A stretch of DNA of 64,000 bases. Source: Candidatus Latescibacterota bacterium (GTDB lineage Bacteria; Latescibacterota; UBA2968; GCA-2709665). Every line of letters starts with the position of its first letter. Within the stretch, counting starts at the first letter, position 1. Shown in pieces: positions 30,031-39,555 of this stretch. The stretch covers positions 2,816,001 to 2,880,000 of the forward strand of contig OZ242180.1 of the NCBI GenBank assembly GCA_965205485.1. Direction: 5' to 3'. Position numbers and translations under genes: made by a program. Below the pieces are notes generated by a model. The model worked only from the letters and a program-made list of their open reading frames with translations, made no database searches and had not been told where the DNA came from.

Positions 30031-31674
30031 TCAGATAATACCGGCCATCTCCTGGAGCATGCGCCAGTTCTGCCGGCGGTCTTCCTGGGCGGCCATCAGG
30101 GTTTCGGATGGATTGCCTTCTTTGTCGAAGTGCTTGGCGAAACGCCCCTCGGTCCGGGCGAAAGTAACAAAGTCGACGGTTTCACCGGTCTTGCGAATGG
30201 TATACCAGTCGTCCTTGACGGCGGGGTTCCCCCGGAGATCCAGCCGCTCCTTGATGCGTTCTCCCTTGCGCGGATCGTAGATGAAGATGGGGAATGCCCT
30301 GGACTCCATGGCCAGTTTGGCCTGGTGTCCGGCCAGGTGGTCTCCCACGCCGTGTTCGGGCTGGCACGTGGTGAAAACGTTGATGACGGCCGGGCCGTCG
30401 AATTCGTTGGCGGCGGCGATCGCGCGGTAGAAGTGGTTCTGCAGGCTGCAGATGGTCTGGGCCACGAACGTGTCCGGATGCATCATGCAGATCTGGCCGA
30501 GTTCCTTGCGGCGTTCGGTTTTACCGGGAACGGCGGAGCCGTGGACGGACATTTTGGTGTTCTGCCCCATGTAACTTGAAGTGGAGGCCTGGCCGCCGGT
30601 ATTTGAGTACACCTGGGTATCCAGGACCAGGACGTTGATATCCATTCCGGACATGAGCATCCGCGAGAGCGCCTGGAAACCGATATCCAGCATGGCCCCG
30701 TCTCCGCCGATGACCCAGATCTTCTTGTCCTGCCAGCCCATCTGATCCCAGCGGGCACGCACGCCCATGGCATCTGTGGGCCCGTTTTCGAAGAGGGAGT
30801 TGGTCCAGGGCACCGTGTAGGGGTTGTATGGATAGGTGGAGGTGTAGACGGTATTGCAGCCGGTGGATGCGACGAGGCCGATGTTCTCGGGTCCGTGCAG
30901 ATAGCCCGTGGATGCCAGCATCATGCGCAGGGCTGTGGCTTCACCACAACCCATGCAGGATCCGGCGCCGCCCACGTAGAGGAGCGATCTTTCGGCCAGC
31001 ATCATGTCCTGAACGGATTTTTCGAGGATATATTCGCTGGGAGATTCAGGCAGGTCGTTGTGGAAGTCCCAGGCGGCTCGGAATTCCTCCAGGTTGTCTT
31101 CCGTCTTCGTAACCATCTTCAACGCGTCTTTGTCTGCGCAGACTTCGACGCACTCGGCGCAACCCTTGCACTTGGTGGGATCGATGAAAATGCCGAAATA
31201 GGCGCCTTCCTTGCCCTTCTTCTCAAAGTTCTTGTAGTACTTCGAAGTCTCGGAAAACTGGTTGCGCAGAAATTCCCGCTTTTCCGGATCGGTCGTCTTG
31301 GCCAGTGCGGCGTCCAGGTCTTCGCGGGTCGCAATCTTGCCGAGAATGGCCGTATCGGGACATTCCGTGACGCAGTCCATGCAGCCGACGCAGTTCTCCT
31401 GGATGAATTCCGGGATCTCGGGCGCGATGTAGCTGAAGTCGCGAAGGGCGCCGGTGCCCGGCCCCACGAGGCTGCGGGCAACGCCGACGTCGGCAGGCAG
31501 CCCCTGTTCGGCAATGCCTGTATTGTAGCCGGCCACAACACGGCCGTTGAAGTCTTCGATATCGAGCAGGGTATGCAGGTTTAGCGGAGACGAAGAGATC
31601 GGCTCCTCGTCCATTTCCTCCAACGAACTGACGCTCAGCAGCGTGGAGGGCTCGCTTTTGCCATTGGTCGACAT
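30031..31674 (-). CDS. pyruvate:ferredoxin/flavodoxin oxidoreductase, ferredoxin + TPP-binding (beta) subunit (C-terminal half of a split NifJ)
   Basis: CVGCMDCVTECP and CKGCAECVEVC [4Fe-4S] motifs; GSCMGCGE; TGC; NSLFEN; GGDGAMLDIG; YSNTGGQAS. Confidence 0.9.
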   Translation of the reverse strand: MSTNGKSEPSTLLSVSSLEEMDEEPISSSPLNLHTLLDIEDFNGRVVAGYNTGIAEQGLPADVGVARSLVGPGTGALRDFSYIAPEIPEFIQENCVGCMDCVTECPDTAILGKIATREDLDAALAKTTDPEKREFLRNQFSETSKYYKNFEKKGKEGAYFGIFIDPTKCKGCAECVEVCADKDALKMVTKTEDNLEEFRAAWDFHNDLPESPSEYILEKSVQDMMLAERSLLYVGGAGSCMGCGEATALRMMLASTGYLHGPENIGLVASTGCNTVYTSTYPYNPYTVPWTNSLFENGPTDAMGVRARWDQMGWQDKKIWVIGGDGAMLDIGFQALSRMLMSGMDINVLVLDTQVYSNTGGQASTSSYMGQNTKMSVHGSAVPGKTERRKELGQICMMHPDTFVAQTICSLQNHFYRAIAAANEFDGPAVINVFTTCQPEHGVGDHLAGHQAKLAMESRAFPIFIYDPRKGERIKERLDLRGNPAVKDDWYTIRKTGETVDFVTFARTEGRFAKHFDKEGNPSETLMAAQEDRRQNWRMLQEMAGII

Positions 31675-31798
31675 GGAAATTTACTCCCGATCCGGCTTGA
31701 ACGACCTCAACCGGCCGGATCTTTACGGTTTATGTTTCTATCGACGTCATGTCGTCACGCATCCGGAATCACGCTGTGGGCGGGACGGAAACGACCGG

Positions 31799-33820
31799 TC
31801 AGCATCCGATCGAGACCAAGCCGGCCGGAAGTTCGTCCGTTTCCTGATCGATTGTGCTTTCGATCAGTTCCCTCGGGACTTCGAATACTTCCCGGTACCC
31901 TCTCCTTATGGCGCCCATATTGGCCTCCACGACGCCCTTGCCCTTGCTCCCCCAGTATTTGTTGACCGCGTTTTCCACGTTGACGAACAGCTCGTCTTCC
32001 GTAAGATTAAGGTCTTTCTGGAACGGCGTGTGTTTCAGGAAGATTCCCAGAAGAACAATGCCCTGGAAACGCTGCATCAGGTCCGGCGACGGCGCTTCCT
32101 CCAGGGCAATTTTGACGGCGTCGAGGGCGAGAGGTTTGATGTTTCTGGTACGGAATGTCTTTTTGGCCCATCCGGGAACATTGTCCCATACCTTCTCCGC
32201 TTCGGTGTGGGGACTCTGGATGAAGACCATCCCCCCGTCGACAACGCCGGCCAGCGGATTGGCGGTGTTAAAGGCGTTCACATCGTTGAGCGGGACGAAG
32301 TCCACGACTTCCAGCTCCGAGTGGGTCCGGATGTGTTCGTTGGCCGCGGTAAGGTAATAGGTGGTGGGCAGACCCTTCTTTTCCGACCCGTATTTAGGGT
32401 AGGCCTGGACGTGAAGCCCCAGGTTCGCCAGCAACGTGGCAATAACCTTGTTCGTCGTAACGGAACCGTATCCGCCGATCGAGTGCCCGCGCATGGCGAA
32501 GGCGCCGACTTCCCGCGTTCCGGGATCGGGCTGCCTATGAAGGGCCAGATCGTGTTCGATATTGAGAACGAAGAGATCCTTCCGGCGGGGTTCTGCGGCC
32601 TGCATATTTCTGACCGTGGCAATGAAGTCGCCCGGCCGCACGTCGCGGCTACCCAGCCCCGCCATGCCCGAGAGAATCCTGGGAATGCGTTCGATCTGCG
32701 GATAACCGTTCGAGCCGCAAACGGCATCGGAGAAGGCGGACTTGATTTCGGCGGTAAGCGGATTGGACTGCGCAAGGGGGTTGTCCATGCGTTCCACAAT
32801 GGATATCGCCTTTGCGTGTTTCAGGGCTTCGACAATCTCGACGCCCGGGAACGGGCGGAACGACGTGACGTGAAGGGCGCCAACCTTGAGATCTTCGGTC
32901 TCCCGCAACCAGTCGACGGCCGTGAGCGCGGTTTCGAGCATGCTTCCCATGCCCACGATGACGTATTCGGCGTCTTCCAGCCGGTAACCGTCGATCATGC
33001 CGTAACGCCTTCCGGTCATCCGGTAGAATTCGTGCATCGCCTCCTGGAGATCATTGGGCACGCGATCGTAGAAATACCGCTGGGCGATCTTGCCCTTCAT
33101 ATAGCTGTCCTGGTTCTGCACAACGCCGCTCATCATCGGATTGTCGACGTCCATGAGATTCTGAATCTTGTCTTCCGGGCGTCCGACGAAAAGCTTCATG
33201 AGTTCGGGCTCGATGGCCAGGACGTTCTGTACCGTATGGGTTGTGAGGAATCCATCCTGCACGACCATGAACGGTGTCTGGGAGGCTTCCGCGGCCCGGC
33301 GCGCGATGAGCGTGGTGTCCATGACCTCCTGCGTGTTGCGTGCGAACACGATGCCCCATCCGCAGTCGGCAACGGCCATGACGTCGTCGTGGCCGGCGTG
33401 TACATTGAGCGATTGCGACGTGAGCGCGCGCGCGCCGATATGGAAGACAGCCGGAAGACGCTTTCCCGAGATGGTGTACAGCACCTCTTTCATCAGAACG
33501 AGGCCCTGGCCGGAGGTGAAGTTCGTGACACGGCCGCCGGCCACGGAAAAACCCTCGGCCGCTGAAGCCGAACTGTGCTCGGACTCGGGTTCTATGAAGA
33601 TCAGGGTGTCGCCCCAGAGGTTGACCCCGCCGTTGGATACGACCGCGCTGTATTTCTCGCCCAGAATGGAGGAAGACGTGATGGGGTAGGCGCATGCACC
33701 CTGGCTGATGTGTTTTTCGACCCAGATTGCGGCATCGCCCCCATCGCCCACGTCGGGGATACCGGGAAACGGGAATTCACCCGGACGTCCGTCAATCTGT
33801 ATTCTGGCGCTTTCCGCCAT
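31799..33820 (-). CDS. pyruvate:ferredoxin/flavodoxin oxidoreductase, alpha + gamma subunit (N-terminal half of a split NifJ)
   Basis: AYPITSS, ESEHSSAS, FTSGQGLVLM, HIGARAL, GHDDVMA, QDGFLTTH, HSIGGYGSVTTNK, YGSEKKG. Confidence 0.9.
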   Translation of the reverse strand: MAESARIQIDGRPGEFPFPGIPDVGDGGDAAIWVEKHISQGACAYPITSSSILGEKYSAVVSNGGVNLWGDTLIFIEPESEHSSASAAEGFSVAGGRVTNFTSGQGLVLMKEVLYTISGKRLPAVFHIGARALTSQSLNVHAGHDDVMAVADCGWGIVFARNTQEVMDTTLIARRAAEASQTPFMVVQDGFLTTHTVQNVLAIEPELMKLFVGRPEDKIQNLMDVDNPMMSGVVQNQDSYMKGKIAQRYFYDRVPNDLQEAMHEFYRMTGRRYGMIDGYRLEDAEYVIVGMGSMLETALTAVDWLRETEDLKVGALHVTSFRPFPGVEIVEALKHAKAISIVERMDNPLAQSNPLTAEIKSAFSDAVCGSNGYPQIERIPRILSGMAGLGSRDVRPGDFIATVRNMQAAEPRRKDLFVLNIEHDLALHRQPDPGTREVGAFAMRGHSIGGYGSVTTNKVIATLLANLGLHVQAYPKYGSEKKGLPTTYYLTAANEHIRTHSELEVVDFVPLNDVNAFNTANPLAGVVDGGMVFIQSPHTEAEKVWDNVPGWAKKTFRTRNIKPLALDAVKIALEEAPSPDLMQRFQGIVLLGIFLKHTPFQKDLNLTEDELFVNVENAVNKYWGSKGKGVVEANMGAIRRGYREVFEVPRELIESTIDQETDELPAGLVSIGC

Positions 33821-34139
33821 GACGGTTCTCCTTTACATTAGGCAATCCGCGACGTGGATGCTGACGACGGTATGCCGCCGGATCCACAGTCGGGCGCGAT
33901 ACAATTTCATAATATGGATAATAAGTTAAGCTAAATCCAATTGAATGGAACAGACTAAATATAACTCAATCTAACAGGGTCTGCAAGCGCTGTTTTTGAC
34001 GGTTCCTCTGACGGATTGCAAAAAAGGAAATGATGAATTGCAGCGGACGGTCGTTGAATCCGCTTGCCCGATTTCCGGCGGCCGTCCATATTCTACGTCA
34101 GACCAAATCACGTGTACGCTCGAAATACGGAGGCAATCG

Positions 34140-34451
34140 ATGCCGGCACTCAGGTACGACGGCGGGGACCCCGCCCGCGCGCTTGCGTATTTCCGGGAAC
34201 ACCGCGCGGAAATGCGGGCGCTGCGCCGGGTCTTCGTGGGACCGGAAGGCGCCACCGTAAAAGACATCAACGGCGAGGAGATGTTTCTCAAGGGACTTAC
34301 GCTGGGCCAACCCCTGCTGGAATCGCTGCTGAAGCTGGCAGGGGCCTCCTACAATCCGTCGACCCTGCACGACGGGCCCCGCGGCCGAAGTCCGATCAAG
34401 GAATTCGAGATCGTCAAACAGGATCCGTGGGGGCACGATCGGGTCCTGTAA
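34140..34451 (+). CDS. hypothetical protein (103 aa)
   Basis: GGAGG RBS before ATG 34140; coding-like composition; no family recognised. Confidence 0.6.
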   Translation: MPALRYDGGDPARALAYFREHRAEMRALRRVFVGPEGATVKDINGEEMFLKGLTLGQPLLESLLKLAGASYNPSTLHDGPRGRSPIKEFEIVKQDPWGHDRVL

Positions 34452-34467
34452 GAGCGAACCCGGGGGC

Positions 34468-35505
34468 TTACCGCCGATTGGCATCAAGCCAGGCCAACTG
34501 GCGGACTCCGGTGAATGGACCGATTGTGTTCTGCAGGTCGCCGATTCCGCCGAACGACATCCGGACCGTGTCGTTTACCTGAAGGCCGCCGGGCAGATCG
34601 TCTTCCGAAAAGACGATGGGGGTACCCCAGTATAACAGTTGAAGTGTCTTTTCAGCCAGGGGCAGTCGACCGAACAGTGACCGCTCCAGGTGGAAGAGCC
34701 GGTCGGGCATATTGAGATGGCTTTGCCCGGTGCGCCCCGCCTTTCGGGCGATTCGATTGTCGTCTCGCAGGATTTCGCACGAGACGGCGACGCTGGCGTC
34801 GTCGAACTCGGAATCGGTCACCAGAACCGGCCCCAGGCTGGCGCAACCGCCGTGCCAGTTCTTGGCCTGGGGAAGATTCAACGGATTTTCGGCCTCGATG
34901 CCGTTGTCGGTATAGTCATTGCCGCCCGAAAAGCCCAGTCGCTCGACCTGACCGTGCGTATTCAGACCGTAAAGCGTGACGAGTTCGGTTTCGGGAACGA
35001 GACGCCGGGTGTCGTCCGGGCGGGAGATGTGTCCGCGATGTCCTGCAAGCGCGTCCGCGTCGGTCTTCGCAAAAAGTTCGGGTATGCCGCCCTGCGCGCA
35101 TTCCCGGTATTTCTGATCGTAAACGTTAACGTCGCCTCCGGTAGCCTCTTTCGCTTCGGTTTCCCGCAGCCTTGCGCTGTCCGCATGGGTCACGCCGGCC
35201 AGCCAGACACGCAGCCGGTCGGGTTGGCCGGGCGGCGGGGTTACGGGCGGGATCAGGTGCGGCCACCTCGTTGATGGATTGTTGTTCATCAGGTCGGCAA
35301 GGCTGTAAGCACCGGCGCCGGAGGTGTCGATGTCCGCGACCACCCGGTCCAGTCCGGCGACGTCGCCCCCGTGAATGAAGTAGAGGTCGTAGACCGATTC
35401 GGGACTGGGCTCGCACGCCGTCAGGTCCAGTACCACGTCGTTTTCAACCAGTCCGAGGCGCAAAGGTTTCGGGGCGGACGGATCGCGGAATTGCACGAGT
35501 CTCAC
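34468..35505 (-). CDS. fumarylacetoacetate hydrolase family protein (XylX/AraD1-like)
   Basis: GAGGAGG then GTG 35505; WLAGVTH..SA, PELFAK, PETEL, GND..IEAENPLNLPQAK, SLGP. Confidence 0.8.
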   Translation of the reverse strand: MRLVQFRDPSAPKPLRLGLVENDVVLDLTACEPSPESVYDLYFIHGGDVAGLDRVVADIDTSGAGAYSLADLMNNNPSTRWPHLIPPVTPPPGQPDRLRVWLAGVTHADSARLRETEAKEATGGDVNVYDQKYRECAQGGIPELFAKTDADALAGHRGHISRPDDTRRLVPETELVTLYGLNTHGQVERLGFSGGNDYTDNGIEAENPLNLPQAKNWHGGCASLGPVLVTDSEFDDASVAVSCEILRDDNRIARKAGRTGQSHLNMPDRLFHLERSLFGRLPLAEKTLQLLYWGTPIVFSEDDLPGGLQVNDTVRMSFGGIGDLQNTIGPFTGVRQLAWLDANRR

Positions 35506-35593
35506 GGAAAACGCCTCCTCCTGCAATGCAATAGATGTGCGCGAAAAATCTTCCACTCGAGGCGGAAATTGCGCTCATCTCTGGATTTTCCGC

Positions 35594-35622
35594 TTGAATC
35601 TACACAATTAATCGTGTAGATT
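35594..35622 (+). promoter_or_regulatory. sigma70 promoter with overlapping inverted-repeat operator for vapBC
   Basis: TTGAAT-N17-TAGATT; perfect IR aatctacac (35597-35605) / gtgtagatt (35614-35622). Confidence 0.7.
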
Positions 35623-35646
35623 AATGTGTAAACACGGAGGTATACA

Positions 35647-35847
35647 ATGGCAACCAATCTTGCGCTTGACGACGCGCTGATCGAGGAAGCCCGTCGCGTC
35701 GGTGGGCACAGAACGAAGAAGGCTGTTGTCACCGAAGCGCTGGAAGAGTATGTTCAGCGTCGCAGACAGCTACAGATACTTGGCCTTTTCAATACGATCG
35801 ACTACGATCCGGACTTCGACTACAAGATACAGCGGAATCGGGAATGA
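35647..35847 (+). CDS. vapB: VapB-family antitoxin
   Basis: MATNLALDDALIEEARRVGGHRTKKAVVTEALEEYVQRR; ATGA overlap with the PIN gene. Confidence 0.9.
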   Translation: MATNLALDDALIEEARRVGGHRTKKAVVTEALEEYVQRRRQLQILGLFNTIDYDPDFDYKIQRNRE

Positions 35848-36284
35848 AGGTACTGGTGGATACGAGTGTCTGGTCACTATCGCTGAGGCGCAAGGTCGTT
35901 TCCGAACATCCTGTCGTCGAGGAGTTCGCTGAGCTTGTCCGGGAGGTTCGGGTACAGCTGATCGGACCGGTCCGCCAGGAAATTCTCTCCGGAATTCGTT
36001 CGCAGGTTCAATTCGACGGACTTCGAGGTCGTCTGAGGGCGTTTCCGGACCTCCGGCTCGAGGCCCCCGACTATGAATGCGCGGCCGAATTTTCCAACCT
36101 GAGCCGAAGCCGGGGTGTTCAGGGATCGAATACAGACTTCCTGATTTGCGCTGTATCACACAGGTACGAGATGCCGATCCTTAGCACCGACCGCGATTTT
36201 CTTCGGTACAGGAAATATCTGCCGATCGAACTTCACGCGCCCCGGCGGGAAGCGGGTATTGAACGCGATGCTGATGCAGGATGA
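35844..36284 (+). CDS. vapC: VapC PIN-domain toxin
   Basis: LVDTSVW, QEILSG, TDFLICA, STDRDF. Confidence 0.9.
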   Translation: MKVLVDTSVWSLSLRRKVVSEHPVVEEFAELVREVRVQLIGPVRQEILSGIRSQVQFDGLRGRLRAFPDLRLEAPDYECAAEFSNLSRSRGVQGSNTDFLICAVSHRYEMPILSTDRDFLRYRKYLPIELHAPRREAGIERDADAG

Positions 36285-36285
36285 A

Positions 36286-36816
36286 ATGGCCGGGCTCGGA
36301 CGTCGGTTTCTCGCCGTGGTCATCGACATGCTGATGTTGAAGCTGCTGGACCTCCCGCTCTCCCGGACCCTGAGAGAGGTCACGCCCTCGCCAATTGCGG
36401 CGCTGGTTCTCGAGTACGGGATCACGCTGGTCTATTGTACCGTCTTTCTCGCGCGCAGGGGACAGACGCCGGGCAAGATTATGACGAGTCTGAGGGTCAT
36501 CTCCGCGGATGGCGGCGCGATCGGGCGGGCCCGGGCACTTGTGCGTTCCGCGGTGAAGTGGACGCCTTTGTTCGCAATTCTGATTTTCCTTTCCGTCCTT
36601 AACCCTTATGCGGAGCCCCATCAAGTGGCGTTGGATGCCGGACGCGTCCTGACGCCGCCTCCTGATTTCGATGCCGAACGTTCGCATCTCTGGTCGATCG
36701 TCCTTTATTCCGGTTCTCTGCTCGGCCTTGCACTCGTCTGGATCACGCGCCGTCATCCTGACCGGCAGGCGCTGCACGACCGTATTTCCGGCACACTGGT
36801 GATGCGAGTCGGGTAA
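36286..36816 (+). CDS. RDD family membrane protein
   Basis: AGLGRRFLAVVID, GQTPGK..LRV, RQALHDRISGTLV. Confidence 0.85.
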   Translation: MAGLGRRFLAVVIDMLMLKLLDLPLSRTLREVTPSPIAALVLEYGITLVYCTVFLARRGQTPGKIMTSLRVISADGGAIGRARALVRSAVKWTPLFAILIFLSVLNPYAEPHQVALDAGRVLTPPPDFDAERSHLWSIVLYSGSLLGLALVWITRRHPDRQALHDRISGTLVMRVG

Positions 36817-36924
36817 TTCGACGGATCGCGGAATCGCGCGGACGTTCGATCGATAAGGAATTGACTCCGGGCGCGGCGTCTGCCTGCCTGCATCCGTACG
36901 GGGGCGCCCTCCTGCGCTGTGCCT

Positions 36925-39333
36925 CTATCTCCGGCGAGGGGGCGACGCGATCCGGAAAATGCTGTCCCGTTTGATGTTACGGTCGGCATTCATGTCCTTG
37001 ACCGTCATGTGCAACGAGTAACGCCCCGGGTCCGCCTGTCCCAGGTCCAGTTCGACAAAGTCCGAGACCGAGGTTTCCGTACCCGTCTGTTCGTACCGGA
37101 CTTCAATGGATTCGCCGTCTTTCCGGATTCTGGGCAGAAACGTCCTGGGGGATCTGTCGCTTGTGGACTTGGAGATGACCTCGAACGTGACTTCGTATCG
37201 GGTGTTCCCGAAGGCGTCTCTTTCGAGATTGTAGACTTCGAAATAGACAAAGACGGATTTGCCCACGTAAAACGTGCGGGACGGCGCCGGAAGAATGTCC
37301 CAACCCTGTCGTACGAATTTCTGGTTGGTTCCTTCACGGGCTTCCACCACGTTCTGGGCGATCTGGATATCGCTCATCATGAGTTCCCCGCCGCGATAGT
37401 CGGGCAGTTCAAGCGTCTGCTGATAGACCTGGAGCATGTCCGTTTTTTTTCGCCAGGCCTCCACGGCGAGCTGATAGACGCCTGGCGCGGCGGCGATGTC
37501 AACGCGGTCCAGCGCCAGGAGGCTCCGCCCCAGGTTGGCGTCGGTAACCGGCACGGCGAGGTCGTCACTCCGTTTGTGAAGTCGGCCTTTGCGGCTGTCG
37601 ACAAGCGCGACTCGTCGATTGACGACGACGGTCGTATCGATGTCTTCACGCCTCGCTACATTGTCGATGGGCAGGCCGATGTTGAGTTGCAGCTCGGTTT
37701 TGCCGTCAAGTCCGCGAAATGAAAGGGCTTCGTAGTAATAGTCCAGCGGTTCGAGCGCTTCGAAGGCGTATCGTTCGGGTTCCTTGCTCGCAACTCTTGT
37801 CATCCGCGCCGCGGGAGCCATGGCGTTAAGCCGGTTGACCATGTTGCGGAATGGGCCGCCGCGGCTTTGCATGTTGTATTCATTGATATCTTCCGGGCCC
37901 ATGACAGGTTCCGGAGCGTAGTCGAAGTTGCCCGTATTGAACTCGTCCGTGAAGGCGATTTCAATGCCGCCGTCGATGTCGACGTAGATCCAGACCGCCC
38001 AGGGTACGGCGGACCAGTCGCCGCTGGAGGTAATGGGTTTGTATCGTTCCAGGCCGACCGCGGCCTCGTCGATCGTCTGAATGGGCTGCGAGGTTGCGCG
38101 GACCTCGGAGTTTCGCCACGTATTTTCCGAGGCCTGTGCGGAACGAATGGGGTAGACGGGACCCACGAACGTCAGGGCCAGGGCTCTGTTTCCATAGAGC
38201 TGGTGGGCCATGCGTTCCTGAACGCGCTGGACATTCAGCGGCATCTGTGCGTTCAGTTCGCGCCAGCTGGATCGGAAGTCCGGCTCGCCATAACGAATAT
38301 AAATCTCTCCCCGCCGGTCGTACGGGAATCTCTTCTTACCGAAGAACGTACGGGCATACCAGACCCGGCGGTAGTGCTCTGCGCGGCGCATCGCGCCGGC
38401 GGATGACTTGAAGGGATCTTTCCGGAGCCAGAAATTGCGAAGGAATGCCTCGCGCGTCTCCGTCGTCGTCGTCCGGTAGGCTCTCACTTCGTGGGAAAGG
38501 CCAACCAGCGAAATGTCTTCGAAATGGGCCTGTTCCTCAGGAGTCAGGCCGTCGATATACTCTGAGAAGGCATCCAGCGCGCCTTCATAATCGCGGTCGG
38601 CCATGAGCGCCTGGGCGACAATAGGCAGGCCTCGCGACCCGCCGAGCCGTTCCGCGATTTCCCGTGCTCTATCGAGTTCCTTCTGTTTGAGGAGTTCAAC
38701 CGCGAATTCATAGGCCGCGGTCTGGTCGTTGGGGCGCTGTTCGAGATAAGCCTTATAAAACGTAAATGCAGCGCGGTTGTTGTTTTCACGCTGGTAGAGT
38801 TTTGCCAGAAACAGGTATGGCGCCGCGTAGTTCGGTTCGACCTGGATGCTCTTGTCCGCGGCTCGCCTCGCGGCCGTGGTCTTCCTGGATCGCAGGTAAG
38901 CACGGGCCATCATGTAGTGGGCTTCCGCATACGTGGAATCCAGGTCTACCGCCCGTTGCAGCGGGACGAGCGCGGCTCGGGGTCTGTTCCGGAGTTCCAG
39001 CAGGACCTCGCCCAGGCCGAGATGAGCGCCCGCCAGCGTACTGTCCTTTTCGACAGCGCCATAGAAGGCGACTTCCGCGCTGTCCGCCTCCTGCAGGCGC
39101 ACGTAAAGATTGCCGATACGGATCAGCATACCGGCAGGATGGGCGATGGAAGGCAGGGCCGCGTTAAGCCTGGAGACGACTTCGCGTACGTCTTCCATGC
39201 GTTCCGCGGATTGTCCGCGTGCGTAAAGGGAATCCGTGGACGTCGGCGTCAGCGGGAAGACCGCGGACGGCAACAGCAGGAATGCGATGCACATCGTGGC
39301 GAAACGTGTCGGTACGTGTTCAACGGAGCGCAT
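36925..39333 (-). CDS. secreted TPR + GWxTD-like domain protein (second paralogue)
   Basis: AAAGGA before ATG 39333; signal peptide; TPRs; FWLRKDP..EHYRRVWYA..F..YDRRGEIYIRYGEP; C-terminus resembles that of 16254-18716. Confidence 0.82.
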   Translation of the reverse strand: MRSVEHVPTRFATMCIAFLLLPSAVFPLTPTSTDSLYARGQSAERMEDVREVVSRLNAALPSIAHPAGMLIRIGNLYVRLQEADSAEVAFYGAVEKDSTLAGAHLGLGEVLLELRNRPRAALVPLQRAVDLDSTYAEAHYMMARAYLRSRKTTAARRAADKSIQVEPNYAAPYLFLAKLYQRENNNRAAFTFYKAYLEQRPNDQTAAYEFAVELLKQKELDRAREIAERLGGSRGLPIVAQALMADRDYEGALDAFSEYIDGLTPEEQAHFEDISLVGLSHEVRAYRTTTTETREAFLRNFWLRKDPFKSSAGAMRRAEHYRRVWYARTFFGKKRFPYDRRGEIYIRYGEPDFRSSWRELNAQMPLNVQRVQERMAHQLYGNRALALTFVGPVYPIRSAQASENTWRNSEVRATSQPIQTIDEAAVGLERYKPITSSGDWSAVPWAVWIYVDIDGGIEIAFTDEFNTGNFDYAPEPVMGPEDINEYNMQSRGGPFRNMVNRLNAMAPAARMTRVASKEPERYAFEALEPLDYYYEALSFRGLDGKTELQLNIGLPIDNVARREDIDTTVVVNRRVALVDSRKGRLHKRSDDLAVPVTDANLGRSLLALDRVDIAAAPGVYQLAVEAWRKKTDMLQVYQQTLELPDYRGGELMMSDIQIAQNVVEAREGTNQKFVRQGWDILPAPSRTFYVGKSVFVYFEVYNLERDAFGNTRYEVTFEVISKSTSDRSPRTFLPRIRKDGESIEVRYEQTGTETSVSDFVELDLGQADPGRYSLHMTVKDMNADRNIKRDSIFRIASPPRRR

Positions 39334-39488
39334 TGGATTCCTTTCGGTATCGAACGGGCCGGAGCCGGAGTTGCCCACTCGAGGACAGGGCGGTTTTCCC
39401 GCGGATAAGCGGCAATTTTCCCCCGTTTTACGCCGATTCGGCCGAAATGTTTCAAGTTTCTGCATACCCCGGAATATCCGCTTTCCGC

Positions 39489-39517
39489 TTGACAGTGCTG
39501 GTGGCGGAAGGTATACT
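39489..39517 (+). promoter_or_regulatory. near-consensus sigma70 promoter
   Basis: TTGACA-N17-TATACT upstream of the ClC gene. Confidence 0.75.
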
Positions 39518-39555
39518 CAGGCGTCGAAGTCAGATTTGCCCCCGGCGACCGGCAA

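Noticed and set aside
31547..33565. 672-aa plus-strand ORF, and similar long antisense ORFs (7846-9402, 28671-30038, 50441-51730, 24657-25730)
   Set aside because: Shadow frames opposite well-supported genes in GC-rich DNA, with no recognisable motifs.
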